From: Candidatus Woesearchaeota archaeon
GTDB lineage: Archaea > Nanobdellota > Nanobdellia > Woesearchaeales > GW2011-AR9
Direction of reading: 5' to 3'
DNA: 48,408 nucleotides
Assembly (NCBI GenBank): GCA_018303045.1
Contig: JAGVYX010000013.1
Coordinates: 1 to 48,408 of the forward strand
This document shows, one piece after another, positions 9,012 through 17,930 of this stretch. How positions within the stretch are numbered: the stretch's first letter is position 1; each line of letters starts with the position of its first letter. Made by a program: the position numbers and the translations under genes. The notes under the pieces are model-generated. The model was not told the DNA's origin. It searched no databases and was given only the letters and a program-made list of their open reading frames with translations.

Positions 9012-10127
9012 ATGGCTGAGAAACTTAATTATACTGATCAGGTGGATTCTTTTTCCAAAATTTCTTATCAAAAGGCTACTCTGGATATTGACGCGGAACT
9101 GGAGCAATTGATTTCTAAGCAGAAAACTAGAATTAGAGTTATCGGCTGCGGCGGCGGCGGTAATAACACCGTTAACAGAATTTCCGAAGTGGGCATTAAA
9201 GGAATTGTTACGATTGCCATAAATACCGATGCGCAGGACTTGCTGTACACTACGGCTGACCAGAAACTGCTGATCGGCAGAGAACTGACGAAAGGCTTAG
9301 GGGCTGGCTCTAATCCTAAAATCGGGGAAGATTCCGCTCGGGAGAATGAGCATGATTTAAAAAAACTAATTGAGGGCTCGGATATGCTGTTTATTACCTG
9401 CGGCTTAGGCGGAGGAACTGGCACGGGCAGCGCGCCATTTGTGGCCCAGTTAGCCAAAAAAATGGGCATCATGAGCGTTGGCGTGGTAACTATTCCTTTT
9501 ACCATGGAAGGCTCGCATCGCTTTGAAAATGCCCTGATCGGGTTGGAAAAACTGGAGCAGTCAGTTAACACTTTAATTGTTATTCCCAATGAAAAATTAT
9601 TGGAATTAGCTCCCCACCTGCCGCTGCAGACAGCTTTTAAGGTCGCGGATGAAATTCTCACTAATGCGGTAAAAGGCATCGCTGAATTAGTTACCAAAAC
9701 CGGATTGGTCAATCTGGATTTTGCCGACGTGAAAGCCATCATGAGCGAAGGGGGAGTAGCTATGATCGGCGTAGGCGAATCCGATTCGGAAGACCGGGCC
9801 ATTGAAGCGGTTACTAAAGCTCTGGAGAATCCGCTGATTGATGTAGATGTTTCCAGCGCTACTGGCGCTTTAATTAACATTTCCGGCGGAGAAAACCTTA
9901 CTTTGGATGAGTCCAGGAAAATCGTGGAAACGGTAGCTGAACGATTAGATGCCAAAGCTAAAATTATCTGGGGAGCGCAAATTTACAAGGATTTGGAAAG
10001 AACTATTCGAACCATGCTGATTATTACCGGAGTTAAATCCCCGCAGATTTATGGCGAAGACCACCGCCATTTTGAGAAAGGAAAGAATGAAATAGAGTCA
10101 GAGTTAGGCATTGACATGGTTAATTAA
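9012..10127 (+). CDS. ftsZ: cell division protein FtsZ
   Basis: GCGGGGNNTVNR, the tubulin signature GLGGGTGTGSAP, and NLDFADVK are all present. Confidence 0.95.
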   Translation: MAEKLNYTDQVDSFSKISYQKATLDIDAELEQLISKQKTRIRVIGCGGGGNNTVNRISEVGIKGIVTIAINTDAQDLLYTTADQKLLIGRELTKGLGAGSNPKIGEDSARENEHDLKKLIEGSDMLFITCGLGGGTGTGSAPFVAQLAKKMGIMSVGVVTIPFTMEGSHRFENALIGLEKLEQSVNTLIVIPNEKLLELAPHLPLQTAFKVADEILTNAVKGIAELVTKTGLVNLDFADVKAIMSEGGVAMIGVGESDSEDRAIEAVTKALENPLIDVDVSSATGALINISGGENLTLDESRKIVETVAERLDAKAKIIWGAQIYKDLERTIRTMLIITGVKSPQIYGEDHRHFEKGKNEIESELGIDMVN

Positions 10128-10129
10128 CG

Positions 10130-10837
10130 ATGGCATTTAAATTAGGCGATCCGCGAATTTCAGCTGAGATTCAGAAAGAAGCATTTAGAAATTATGATTT
10201 AGTTTACGGGCCTAGAGGCTGGTTATTAATTGATGGTTCATTGGCGGTAGAAAAGCCCTTGCCGCCGGCTGATCTTTATTTTTGCACCGGCAATCCTGGA
10301 AAGGTAACTTCAGCCCAGCGCTCTCTGGGAGATAAATTTAAAATTTCTTCATTAGAACTGCAAATTTCCGAAGACGATCATTCCATTGAAAAAATTTCCG
10401 AGCATAAAGTCCGCGTAGCTTATGCGGTCGTTTGCTGTCCTGTTATCGCTGATGATTCGGCCTTTGTAATCCCCTCGCGGGAGGGTTATCCTGGAGTTAA
10501 AGTCGGTCGGGAATTAAAAGATAAAGGACTGCCTTATTTTCTGGAAATTGCTCGAGCTGACCGGCGCGGCTATGTGGAAGCTTCTTTTGTCATGGCTCTG
10601 GCTTATTTTGACGGGAATTTAGAGCGCCCAGCGCATTTTGTTTCCACGGTCTCAGGCCGCCTGATTAGCGAAGAGAGGGGAGAATATCCGCAGCCCCATA
10701 CTAAATCCGAGTTGTCCACAGCTTTCATCATTAACGGCTGCGCTAAAACTATTGCGGAAATGACCAGGGAAGAATATGACCAATATGCCAGAACTGACCG
10801 CTGGAAATTATTAAAGGAATTTCTGGAAAAAAGATAG
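10130..10837 (+). CDS. HAM1/RdgB-like non-canonical NTP pyrophosphatase with N-terminal extension
   Basis: FCTGNPGKVTSAQ resembles the TgN.gK motif of the ITPase family, and there is a DDSAF block. This is motif-level evidence only. Confidence 0.5.
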   Translation: MAFKLGDPRISAEIQKEAFRNYDLVYGPRGWLLIDGSLAVEKPLPPADLYFCTGNPGKVTSAQRSLGDKFKISSLELQISEDDHSIEKISEHKVRVAYAVVCCPVIADDSAFVIPSREGYPGVKVGRELKDKGLPYFLEIARADRRGYVEASFVMALAYFDGNLERPAHFVSTVSGRLISEERGEYPQPHTKSELSTAFIINGCAKTIAEMTREEYDQYARTDRWKLLKEFLEKR

Positions 10838-10844
10838 TTGGCGA

Positions 10845-11039
10845 TTATTTCCTGGAAGTTTTTTCCATGTATCCGCATTTGCCGCAGACTACCCGGTCAT
10901 TGTGCTGGGCTAGAAATACTCCCGGTCCGCACTTGAGGCAGAACTTATTTTTACGAGTAATGGAACTTCCAGAAATGGTATACAATTGAGCTAATTTTTT
11001 GCCTTCTTTCTTAGCTTTGGTTCCTTTTTTGTCCGCCAT
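10845..11039 (-). CDS. rps27ae: ribosomal protein S27ae (eS31)
   Basis: It has a zinc ribbon (CLKCGPGVFLAQHNDRVVCGKCGY) and a basic N-terminus. Confidence 0.9.
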   Translation of the reverse strand: MADKKGTKAKKEGKKLAQLYTISGSSITRKNKFCLKCGPGVFLAQHNDRVVCGKCGYMEKTSRK

Positions 11040-11055
11040 AATTTTGTCTCCCCAA

Positions 11056-11364
11056 TTAAGCTGAAGCCGCTTCAGCGGTTTTTTTGGCTTCCTCAGCTTG
11101 TTTGCGCTGGTGCTTAGTTTGCTGTTCTACATCATTTTTATCCTTCAGAGAATCATAAATAACTGCGCTGAAGGTAGCTTTAGCTCTGCCATAGCTGGTT
11201 TTAATTTTTTTAATTACCACCAAGCTGGCATCTTTTCCCCGGCCCAATTCTAACGTTAAATCGTTGTTGCTGGGCGTAGCGCCGCCTTCTAATTCGATAG
11301 CGCCGGTTAATTCGCTTCGATTTAACAATACATTGTGTTGATTTTTAGTGATGGTAACTTTCAT
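11056..11364 (-). CDS. rps24e: ribosomal protein S24e (eS24)
   Basis: The N-terminus NVLLNRSELTGAIELEGGATPS and the position next to S27ae and Spt4 are the canonical archaeal arrangement. Confidence 0.9.
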   Translation of the reverse strand: MKVTITKNQHNVLLNRSELTGAIELEGGATPSNNDLTLELGRGKDASLVVIKKIKTSYGRAKATFSAVIYDSLKDKNDVEQQTKHQRKQAEEAKKTAEAASA

Positions 11365-11395
11365 TTTGAATCCTTAATTGCGGTGAAATTTAGGT

Positions 11396-11584
11396 TTATC
11401 TAAGTTTAATAGCATATTCTCCTTTCAGTTTATAGCCTACTTTCTGGGCAATCAGCGATCTTTCCGGGTCAGTAATATATACCCTTCCCTGCCAATTGTT
11501 GCTGAACGAACTGGTTTTACATTGCGGGCAGGTGTCGCCTTCTACCCCGAGCTTACAGCGTTTGCAAAATTTTTTCTTGCTCAT
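11396..11584 (-). CDS. spt4: transcription elongation factor Spt4 (RpoE'')
   Basis: A CxxC...CxxC zinc ribbon (CKRCKLGVEGDTCPQCK) is followed by NWQGRVYITDPERSLIAQ. Confidence 0.85.
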   Translation of the reverse strand: MSKKKFCKRCKLGVEGDTCPQCKTSSFSNNWQGRVYITDPERSLIAQKVGYKLKGEYAIKLR

Positions 11585-11916
11585 TTTTTGGTATTAAGCT
11601 CCTGTATTATTGATTGGATGTAAGATCTTTTCTCTTCTTCTGTAAACGGTTTCTCTCTCATTTTTTGGTTCTGTTCTATGCCCAGATCAACTTTACTGCT
11701 TACATCCTTATACCTTAGATAAGTTGCCAGAGCAAGACCAGCGCTCACTCCAGCCATGGCAATTCCCCCCACATACTGCCCTTCCATTAATAATTCTGCT
11801 GCTCTGAGTGATCCAGTTGTAGTTAGAACTGAATAAGCTATAATGCTTCCGGTATTGTTCTCTAACGGCCTTTTCCGTAGATCAATAAACTCTTTCAGTT
11901 TTGTATCTAAACTCAT
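11581..11916 (-). CDS. small hypothetical protein with a Gly/Ala-rich hydrophobic segment, wedged between rpoE' and spt4
   Basis: 111-aa ORF whose ends overlap both neighbours by 4 nt. The segment GGIAMAGVSAGLALATYL looks like a TM. Confidence 0.5.
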   Translation of the reverse strand: MSLDTKLKEFIDLRKRPLENNTGSIIAYSVLTTTGSLRAAELLMEGQYVGGIAMAGVSAGLALATYLRYKDVSSKVDLGIEQNQKMREKPFTEEEKRSYIQSIIQELNTKK

Positions 11917-12467
11917 GTTGCTGCCTCCTTCTTAATTTCCTGATGGTCAATTAATTCCATCTTGCCTAAACCTTCCTGCCTCATGGTCAAGCCGATTTTA
12001 GGATTGCTTAAATCTTTGTAACTGACGGCAATAATCCTAGCTTTGCACCTGTCTCCAACTTTAATGGTTTGTCCTGTTTTTTTGCCCTGCAATACTTTGT
12101 CTTTGCTAAAAGATACAAAGTCATCCATGCTCTGCGAAATATGCACCATGCCTTCCACTCCGCCAATATCCATGAAAGCTCCAAAATCGGTAATATCGCG
12201 GATTTTGCCAAAGACTAATTCATTTAACTCCGGCTTGAAGGTTAATAACTCAAATTCCGTTTCATAAAATCCCGCGCCATCGCCGGGAACGATAACTCCT
12301 TCCTTAATGACTCCTACATCCACCACATTCAGGACAAAACCCAGTTCTTTAGAAATATAATTGTCATAGCTTAACCTGATATTAGCCAATACCGCTTCTT
12401 TTTTAGTTAAGTTAAACATCCGCGGCGGCACTCTGATATGGTCTTTAATTTTGATGCGGTAGAACAT
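11913..12467 (-). CDS. rpoE: DNA-directed RNA polymerase subunit E' (Rpo7) with S1 domain
   Basis: The N-terminus MFYRIKIKDHIRVPP and the S1-like GKIRDITDFGAFMDIGGVEGMVHISQ are present. Confidence 0.9.
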   Translation of the reverse strand: MFYRIKIKDHIRVPPRMFNLTKKEAVLANIRLSYDNYISKELGFVLNVVDVGVIKEGVIVPGDGAGFYETEFELLTFKPELNELVFGKIRDITDFGAFMDIGGVEGMVHISQSMDDFVSFSKDKVLQGKKTGQTIKVGDRCKARIIAVSYKDLSNPKIGLTMRQEGLGKMELIDHQEIKKEAAT

Positions 12468-12563
12468 TTTAGATGTGTTTTAATTGACAGTTTATAAAGA
12501 TTTGGGTTTTGTTTAGCCGGCAGCGAGCATAGTTTTATAAAAGAAAATAACTAAAAAACAGTT

Positions 12564-13154
12564 ATGTCACTGCGCGAGCTTAAAAAAGAGATTGAATCCT
12601 TGCCCAGCCTCGGAAAAACTGTAGCGGACTTTAAAAAACATTGGCTTAAGCCGATTAGAGCCAATACTAATCAGCACCTGCCTTTCTTGCAGCAATTAAC
12701 TGCGGAGCAGAAAGAACAGCTTAACACTTTAATTCTTAAAGCTAAAGGGGTCATGGGCAATCTGGAAGAAGCCCAATTGCTGCAAAATAAATTACGATCG
12801 TATATACATTATCTGATTGAATTAAAATTAACTGCTTTAAATAATAATAAATCCAAGGCCCAGTTGATTACCAATCATCTGCTTAATGATGAATTTCTTA
12901 ATTTAAAAAATACTATTGCCGACATCAAATCCTTTGAAGAAAACGTTAAAACTCTGGAAGCCCACCATCACGAGGTAACGGAATATCTTGAAAAACAAAT
13001 CACTCTGGAGCAGGCCCTAATTTTTATGGAACTGCCTCACTGGCGCTATTTGCAGAATTTATTGCAGGTAACTCAGGATCACAAGCGGATTGTCCGGGAT
13101 TTAGGCCGGCATTTTGTTTCTTTGGCGAAAACAAGTAATCAGAATGAAGACTAG
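12564..13154 (+). CDS. hypothetical helical protein
   Basis: 196-aa ORF with no motif I recognise. Confidence 0.45.
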   Translation: MSLRELKKEIESLPSLGKTVADFKKHWLKPIRANTNQHLPFLQQLTAEQKEQLNTLILKAKGVMGNLEEAQLLQNKLRSYIHYLIELKLTALNNNKSKAQLITNHLLNDEFLNLKNTIADIKSFEENVKTLEAHHHEVTEYLEKQITLEQALIFMELPHWRYLQNLLQVTQDHKRIVRDLGRHFVSLAKTSNQNED

Positions 13155-13198
13155 GATGATTTTAGGATAATTATTAGGATGGTTATTAGGTGGGTTAT
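13152..13198 (+). repeat. ~12-nt degenerate tandem repeat (taggatRRttat x4) starting on the stop codon
   Basis: Units start at 13152, 13163, 13175 and 13187, and each begins with tag. Confidence 0.8.
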
Positions 13199-13232
13199 TT
13201 TATTCCGAGCGGTGTTTATGCATTTTTAGGAT

Positions 13233-13928
13233 TTACAAACTAAATTTAAATAACTGTTGAGCAAGAAATCCCCACCATTTATGGTTGGGGAGGAGGTCAA
13301 TTTTACCTCTTAAACCATAATTGCAATATCTTTTAATCGCGCATTCATCGCATTTCGGCTTAATTGGGCTGCAGATAGTTTGCCCGTGCCCTACCAACAG
13401 CTTATTGGCATTTATCCATTCCTCTCTGGGAACGGTTCTCTGCAGCTCTTGTTCGGTCTCTTCAGGAGTTTTAGTGTCAATCCATCCTAGTCGGTTAGCG
13501 ATACGATGAACATGAATGTCCACAGCAATCGTGGATTTATTAAAAGCATAATTTAAAATACAGTTAGCAGTCTTCCTGCCAATGCCCGGCAGCAAGATCA
13601 GTTCTTCAAACGTCTCGGGAACTTTTCCCTGATACTTTGTTTGAATTATCCTGCTTAATTGCTTTAAATGTTTAGCTTTTACCCGATGAAAGCCAACACG
13701 ATAAATCAGCTGCTCGATTTTCTCTACTGGCAAGTTAACATAATCTTTCGGATGCGGATAGTTCTTAAACATTTCTTTAACAATGGGAATCGTTGTAGTA
13801 TCCTTAGTTCTGGCGCTCAGCATGGTCATTACCAGCAGTTGAAATGGAGTATAATTATTAAGCAGCTCCAGCATCGTTGGCTGGTGAGTTTGCTCTAGTA
13901 TTCTGAAAACTGGTTTTACTGGATTCAT
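13233..13928 (-). CDS. nth: endonuclease III (HhH-GPD base-excision glycosylase)
   Basis: The HhH motif LLPGIGRKTANCIL, the catalytic VDIHVHR region, and a C-terminal 4-Cys cluster (CSPIKPKCDECAIKRYC) are present. Confidence 0.9.
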   Translation of the reverse strand: MNPVKPVFRILEQTHQPTMLELLNNYTPFQLLVMTMLSARTKDTTTIPIVKEMFKNYPHPKDYVNLPVEKIEQLIYRVGFHRVKAKHLKQLSRIIQTKYQGKVPETFEELILLPGIGRKTANCILNYAFNKSTIAVDIHVHRIANRLGWIDTKTPEETEQELQRTVPREEWINANKLLVGHGQTICSPIKPKCDECAIKRYCNYGLRGKIDLLPNHKWWGFLAQQLFKFSL

Positions 13929-14094
13929 AGATGAACAAAAATAGATCCTACATTAAAATTGATCTATAGCGCAGGACATAATTATTTGATCATTTACCTG
14001 TGCTATATTCCGAAAGATACAACTATTTTAATTAATTATTTGTGTCTTTCGCTATACATTTGCTATACCTATTAAAGTATTACTAACAATATTT

Positions 14095-14200
14095 GCCGTG
14101 TTACATAAATAAAATCTAAAATAGTCAATGATTAAATATAGTTGTTCTCGATTAAACAAATTTAGCAACTTTTGATTAAAAATGAATTATGCAACACAGC
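14095..14200. mobile_element. MITE-like 106-bp element with 12-bp imperfect TIRs and an 11-bp target-site duplication
   Basis: The left TIR is gccgtgttacat. The reverse complement of the right end is gctgtgttgcat, matching at 10 of 12 positions. Identical flanking direct repeats taacaatattt lie at 14084-14094 and 14201-14211. The interior is AT-rich and non-coding. Confidence 0.6.
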
Positions 14201-14242
14201 TAACAATATTTTGTCATTTTTAGGGTAAACTTAATACCTGCT

Positions 14243-15397
14243 CTATATAAATAACAACAAAAACCCAACGATCAGCATAATTGAACTAACTGCAAACCTC
14301 AACACTTTCTGCGTGTGATCCCGCCATTTCTCGGCTTTAGGATCATTGTAGGGCTCTTTATCGACCGCATGTTTATCCAGTTTTTCAGCTGCCTGATACA
14401 GAATAACCACCATCAGCGCCGGCATGATGATTATAATTAAAGAATGATAAAATAAATAACTGAATAATTTGAAATTATAAACCCCATCCAAGGTCAGAGT
14501 TCTTAATAAATTTAATAATTCGCTAATCCTGCCGGTAGACAGAACTGCCATCAGAAAACCAACGATCATAAATCCCAACGGCGTAAATAAATAACGGAGA
14601 TAGTCCATGATTTCTTGTTCGGCAGTTTCAGAAATGCCTTCAAAGACAATTTTCCAGGTGCCAAAAAACCCTCTAATCCGGATAATGCTGGCAAAAATAG
14701 CTAGAGCGCCTACAACCTTAGTTGTCCAAACTGGTGCTTGAAATAATAACCCCAAGCCAAATAATAACGAAGCTATAAATAAGGCTGCTACGGCCAGTAT
14801 TCCTCTCTGCTGGACATTTTCTTTTTTTCTTAAAGAGGACAGCATTAATAAGAAGACTAATAAAAAAGCGATAATCCCCGGCCTAAAAGCATCTCTGAAA
14901 GCGGCTTTAGTAACTAAGCTTAAAGTTAAGGTGTTCAGCACGTCAGGGGGTTCTTTTTCTCCCACCAGGCCCAGGGCTTTCTCTCCCTCTACGGTGGAGC
15001 AGGCGCTGTTTTGGTTATCTAAAATCCGGCTTTCCAGTAAATCAATCATCGTTGAAGAGCCGACAAAATAACTTCCGGGCATGAATAATACTGGCAGGCC
15101 CTGCGAAGCTTCAGGAATTCTGTAAGATTGAAAATACTTTTCCAAGGTCCGGGTATTAGCCCGGTTATAATAAACCTCCAGTTCTTTAATCTCCAGTTGC
15201 GGATACTTTGTTTTAAGATAATTGAGATGCGCTTTAGCTTTAGCGCATTCAGCGCAGTTGGTTCCATAGAAATAGACTAGGCAGTCATCCTCCTCGGCAG
15301 CTGCCAAAGGAATTAAACTACTAAGAATAATAACCAGCAACAATAATCGCTTACCTATCACCATATTGCTTAGAAGATGATTTAATTTTATAAACAT
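14243..15397 (-). CDS. polytopic membrane protein with an extracytoplasmic thioredoxin-fold (CxxC) domain
   Basis: An N-terminal TM is followed by YFYGTNCAECAKAKAHL (CxxC) and then at least 6 hydrophobic segments. Confidence 0.6.
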   Translation of the reverse strand: MFIKLNHLLSNMVIGKRLLLLVIILSSLIPLAAAEEDDCLVYFYGTNCAECAKAKAHLNYLKTKYPQLEIKELEVYYNRANTRTLEKYFQSYRIPEASQGLPVLFMPGSYFVGSSTMIDLLESRILDNQNSACSTVEGEKALGLVGEKEPPDVLNTLTLSLVTKAAFRDAFRPGIIAFLLVFLLMLSSLRKKENVQQRGILAVAALFIASLLFGLGLLFQAPVWTTKVVGALAIFASIIRIRGFFGTWKIVFEGISETAEQEIMDYLRYLFTPLGFMIVGFLMAVLSTGRISELLNLLRTLTLDGVYNFKLFSYLFYHSLIIIIMPALMVVILYQAAEKLDKHAVDKEPYNDPKAEKWRDHTQKVLRFAVSSIMLIVGFLLLFI

Positions 15398-15528
15398 TTC
15401 CTAATTATTTAGATCTTTCCAAAATATTCTTAAAAACACGAAAATCACTCACTTTTCGAACGATGCCTTCTGTTTCATTTTTAATGCTTAAAGCAAAAAT
15501 TTATTAACTTTAGCTTTAAGAGGAAATT

Positions 15529-15852
15529 ATGGCAACGGAATTAACGGATCAAACCTTTAAACCAGAGACTAATGAAAAACTGCCGATAATTGTTGACTTC
15601 TGGGCTTCCTGGTGCGGGCCCTGCCGGATGTTAGCTCCGATATTTGAAGAAGTAAGCCAGGAATACACCGGAAAATTAAAATTCGCCAAACTTTCCACGG
15701 AAGAATATCCTGAACTGGCTCAGGAACATGACGTGCAGGGAATTCCTTGTTTGATTGTCTTTAATAAGGGAAAAGAAGTTGGCCGGATCATCGGCTTCAA
15801 GCCCAAAGAAGCTTTAAAACAAGAGATTAATGGGATTTTAGCGGAGATTTAA
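15529..15852 (+). CDS. trxA: thioredoxin
   Basis: The WCGPC active site is present, the protein is 107 aa, and it carries GIPCLIVF. Confidence 0.9.
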   Translation: MATELTDQTFKPETNEKLPIIVDFWASWCGPCRMLAPIFEEVSQEYTGKLKFAKLSTEEYPELAQEHDVQGIPCLIVFNKGKEVGRIIGFKPKEALKQEINGILAEI

Positions 15853-15869
15853 AGGGTGGGCGAGGTAAA

Positions 15870-16454
15870 ATGAACAATAAAAGGGATGAAAATATAATTA
15901 AAAAAATTGGAAATCTGGGGCTTTACTTGATTCAAGGCGATATTACTCAAATTCCAACTGATGCTATTATGGCGGCAATAAATTCTAATGGCTTGTGGTT
16001 TGGTAAAATTGATGGAGCAATTCAAAGAGTTGCCGGGAATCAATATCATTTACAAGCTGTCGCAGCTATGCCGTTATCTAATCTGCAGGCTGTTGTTGCC
16101 AGAGGCAGCGCCGCAAATCACGGCGGAAAATTCAATGATGTTGTTTTTATTGTTGATGATTTGCAATCTTCATTAGATAAAGTTGTTTATTCTGGTTTAG
16201 AAGCTGCGCATGAAGAAGGATATAATCAAGTACTGATTCCGGCAATAAGAATGAGAGTCATGGCTGGCGCAGTGGAAGAATCGCCCCAAGAAACCATTGC
16301 TAATCTGGGAAGGGGAATAGAAGAATTTATGCGCAACTATGGGCAGCAAACCCGTTTGGAAAAATTAACTGTTGTAGTCCATAGAGACCAGAACGCTGTC
16401 AGGCAATCAGCTGCGGACTGGCCAGCTTATAACTTGCTGGGTCAGAAAATTTAA
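15870..16454 (+). CDS. macro domain (ADP-ribose binding/processing) protein
   Basis: LIQGDITQIPTDAIMAAINSNG matches the macro-domain N-terminal motif. Confidence 0.7.
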   Translation: MNNKRDENIIKKIGNLGLYLIQGDITQIPTDAIMAAINSNGLWFGKIDGAIQRVAGNQYHLQAVAAMPLSNLQAVVARGSAANHGGKFNDVVFIVDDLQSSLDKVVYSGLEAAHEEGYNQVLIPAIRMRVMAGAVEESPQETIANLGRGIEEFMRNYGQQTRLEKLTVVVHRDQNAVRQSAADWPAYNLLGQKI

Positions 16455-16514
16455 TATAAGAGGTTCGCCATTAACTTGCTGGGCCAGAAAATTTAATATA
16501 AGAGGTTCGCCATT
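16431..16514 (+). repeat. 42-bp x2 tandem duplication spanning the gene 3' end and stop codon
   Basis: Copy 1 is 16431-16472 and copy 2 is 16473-16514, with 1 mismatch. The period is 14 codons, so the second TAA (16494-16496) is in frame. Confidence 0.9.
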
Positions 16515-16593
16515 TTACTATTCTTTAATATCCCCCTCTCTTCTTAGTCTGCTAATTCTTAAATTATTTATACTACTTCCCTCTAAATCAGTT

Positions 16594-17490
16594 ATGCGCA
16601 ATCTGCAGCCGATAATTGTTTTCTTGTATGACTGCGATTTAACTCTTATTCCTGAATATATGCAGAACCCCATGCTGAGAAGCGCGGGCATTACTCCGGA
16701 AGATTTCTGGGCCGAAACCTGGGTCTGGAAAGACGAGCAGGCTAAGTTAGGCGTTAATCTGGATCCGGAAAATGCCTATCTGAACTTATTTTTTAAGTAT
16801 ATCCAGAACGGAAGATTTCCAGCCTTATCCAATGCTCAGCTGAGAGAATTTGGCAAATTAATCGTTCCTTTCCCGGGCCTGCCGGAATTTTTTAAAAAAC
16901 TGAAATTTCATATCGAACAAAAATATAAAGCCCAGGGATTGGTTCTGGAGAATTACATCATTAGCACCGGATTAAAAGAGATGATTGCCGGTTCACCGCT
17001 GGATGATCCAGATGGGCTTACCGATATCTATGCTTCAGAGTTCTTTGAAGAAAACGGCATAATTGCGGGCATTGCCAGAGCAGTAGGGCATATGAAAAAA
17101 ACGGAATTTATTCATCTGATTAACAAGGGAGGAAATGTTAATCCTGAGATCGATGTCAATGGCAAAATTGCCTATGAATACCGCCGGGTTCCCTTTGAGA
17201 ACATGGTCTATATCGGCGATGGCCCCACCGATGTGCCTTGTTTTGCCACAATTAACAAGCGCGGCGGGAAATGTTTAGCCGTATATAACCCGGAATCCGA
17301 GAAAGCTTTCAGGCAGGCCTGCCAATTGCAGCATGAGGGAAGAGTTTTCACAATTGGTCCCGCAGATTTCCGGGAAGGAAGCCAGATGCATCGGGTTTTA
17401 TTTCATTTAGCTGAACAAATCGCGGATAGAATTGTGAAAGACCGGGCGGAAGAGTTAAGAAGCAAAACAGGGCCGGCGTTGAAGTATTAA
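16594..17490 (+). CDS. HAD-superfamily hydrolase-like protein
   Basis: YDCDLTL fits HAD motif I (DxDxT) and IGDGPTDVPCF fits motif IV. Confidence 0.6.
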   Translation: MRNLQPIIVFLYDCDLTLIPEYMQNPMLRSAGITPEDFWAETWVWKDEQAKLGVNLDPENAYLNLFFKYIQNGRFPALSNAQLREFGKLIVPFPGLPEFFKKLKFHIEQKYKAQGLVLENYIISTGLKEMIAGSPLDDPDGLTDIYASEFFEENGIIAGIARAVGHMKKTEFIHLINKGGNVNPEIDVNGKIAYEYRRVPFENMVYIGDGPTDVPCFATINKRGGKCLAVYNPESEKAFRQACQLQHEGRVFTIGPADFREGSQMHRVLFHLAEQIADRIVKDRAEELRSKTGPALKY

Positions 17491-17712
17491 AAAATTTATC
17501 CATTATTGGAAAATATACCTTGATGTAAAATAAAAAGAGTACAATACAATAACAACGCCTTTAATTTTATCACTATTCCAATTCTGATTCAGAAAGGCCA
17601 TAGGTTTGTTACTAACTTAATTAAGAGCTTATCCCAGTAGGCGATTTTGGCCAGGCCATCCTCGACGGAGTAATGGCGAACCCTACGTCCTATCGAGATA
17701 GGTTCTAAGTCT

Positions 17713-17925
17713 TTATTTTTCTAATACTTGCTCAATGCTTTCAAGCGTACGTCCTAAGGACTTCAGATCGCTGCTAATGTCCTGCGTCTCTTTCATCGGA
17801 TCGACCTGTGACACGGCTGGTTTTAATGGTTGGATCGGTTGCTTGTTGAATGAGTCTACAGTAGCAGACTGCTTAGCGCAGCCAACAAGAACCAACAGAA
17901 GAACAAGAAAAAGATAAAATTTCAT
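17713..17925 (-). CDS. small lipoprotein candidate
   Basis: It has a signal peptide with a lipobox-like LVGC. Confidence 0.5.
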   Translation of the reverse strand: MKFYLFLVLLLVLVGCAKQSATVDSFNKQPIQPLKPAVSQVDPMKETQDISSDLKSLGRTLESIEQVLEK

Positions 17926-17930
17926 GAAAA

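Noticed and set aside
9068-9955. 295-aa minus-strand ORF antisense to ftsZ
   Set aside because: The plus-strand frame carries unmistakable FtsZ signatures. The antisense product is Ser/Pro/Ala-rich low-complexity sequence typical of a shadow ORF.
13929-14242. Replication origin (inverted repeats flanking an AT-rich unwinding region)
   Set aside because: The inverted repeats are flanked by an 11-bp direct duplication, and the unit recurs at two other loci, which fits a MITE better. No orc1/cdc6 gene is adjacent, and the repeats do not resemble known ORB consensus sequences.
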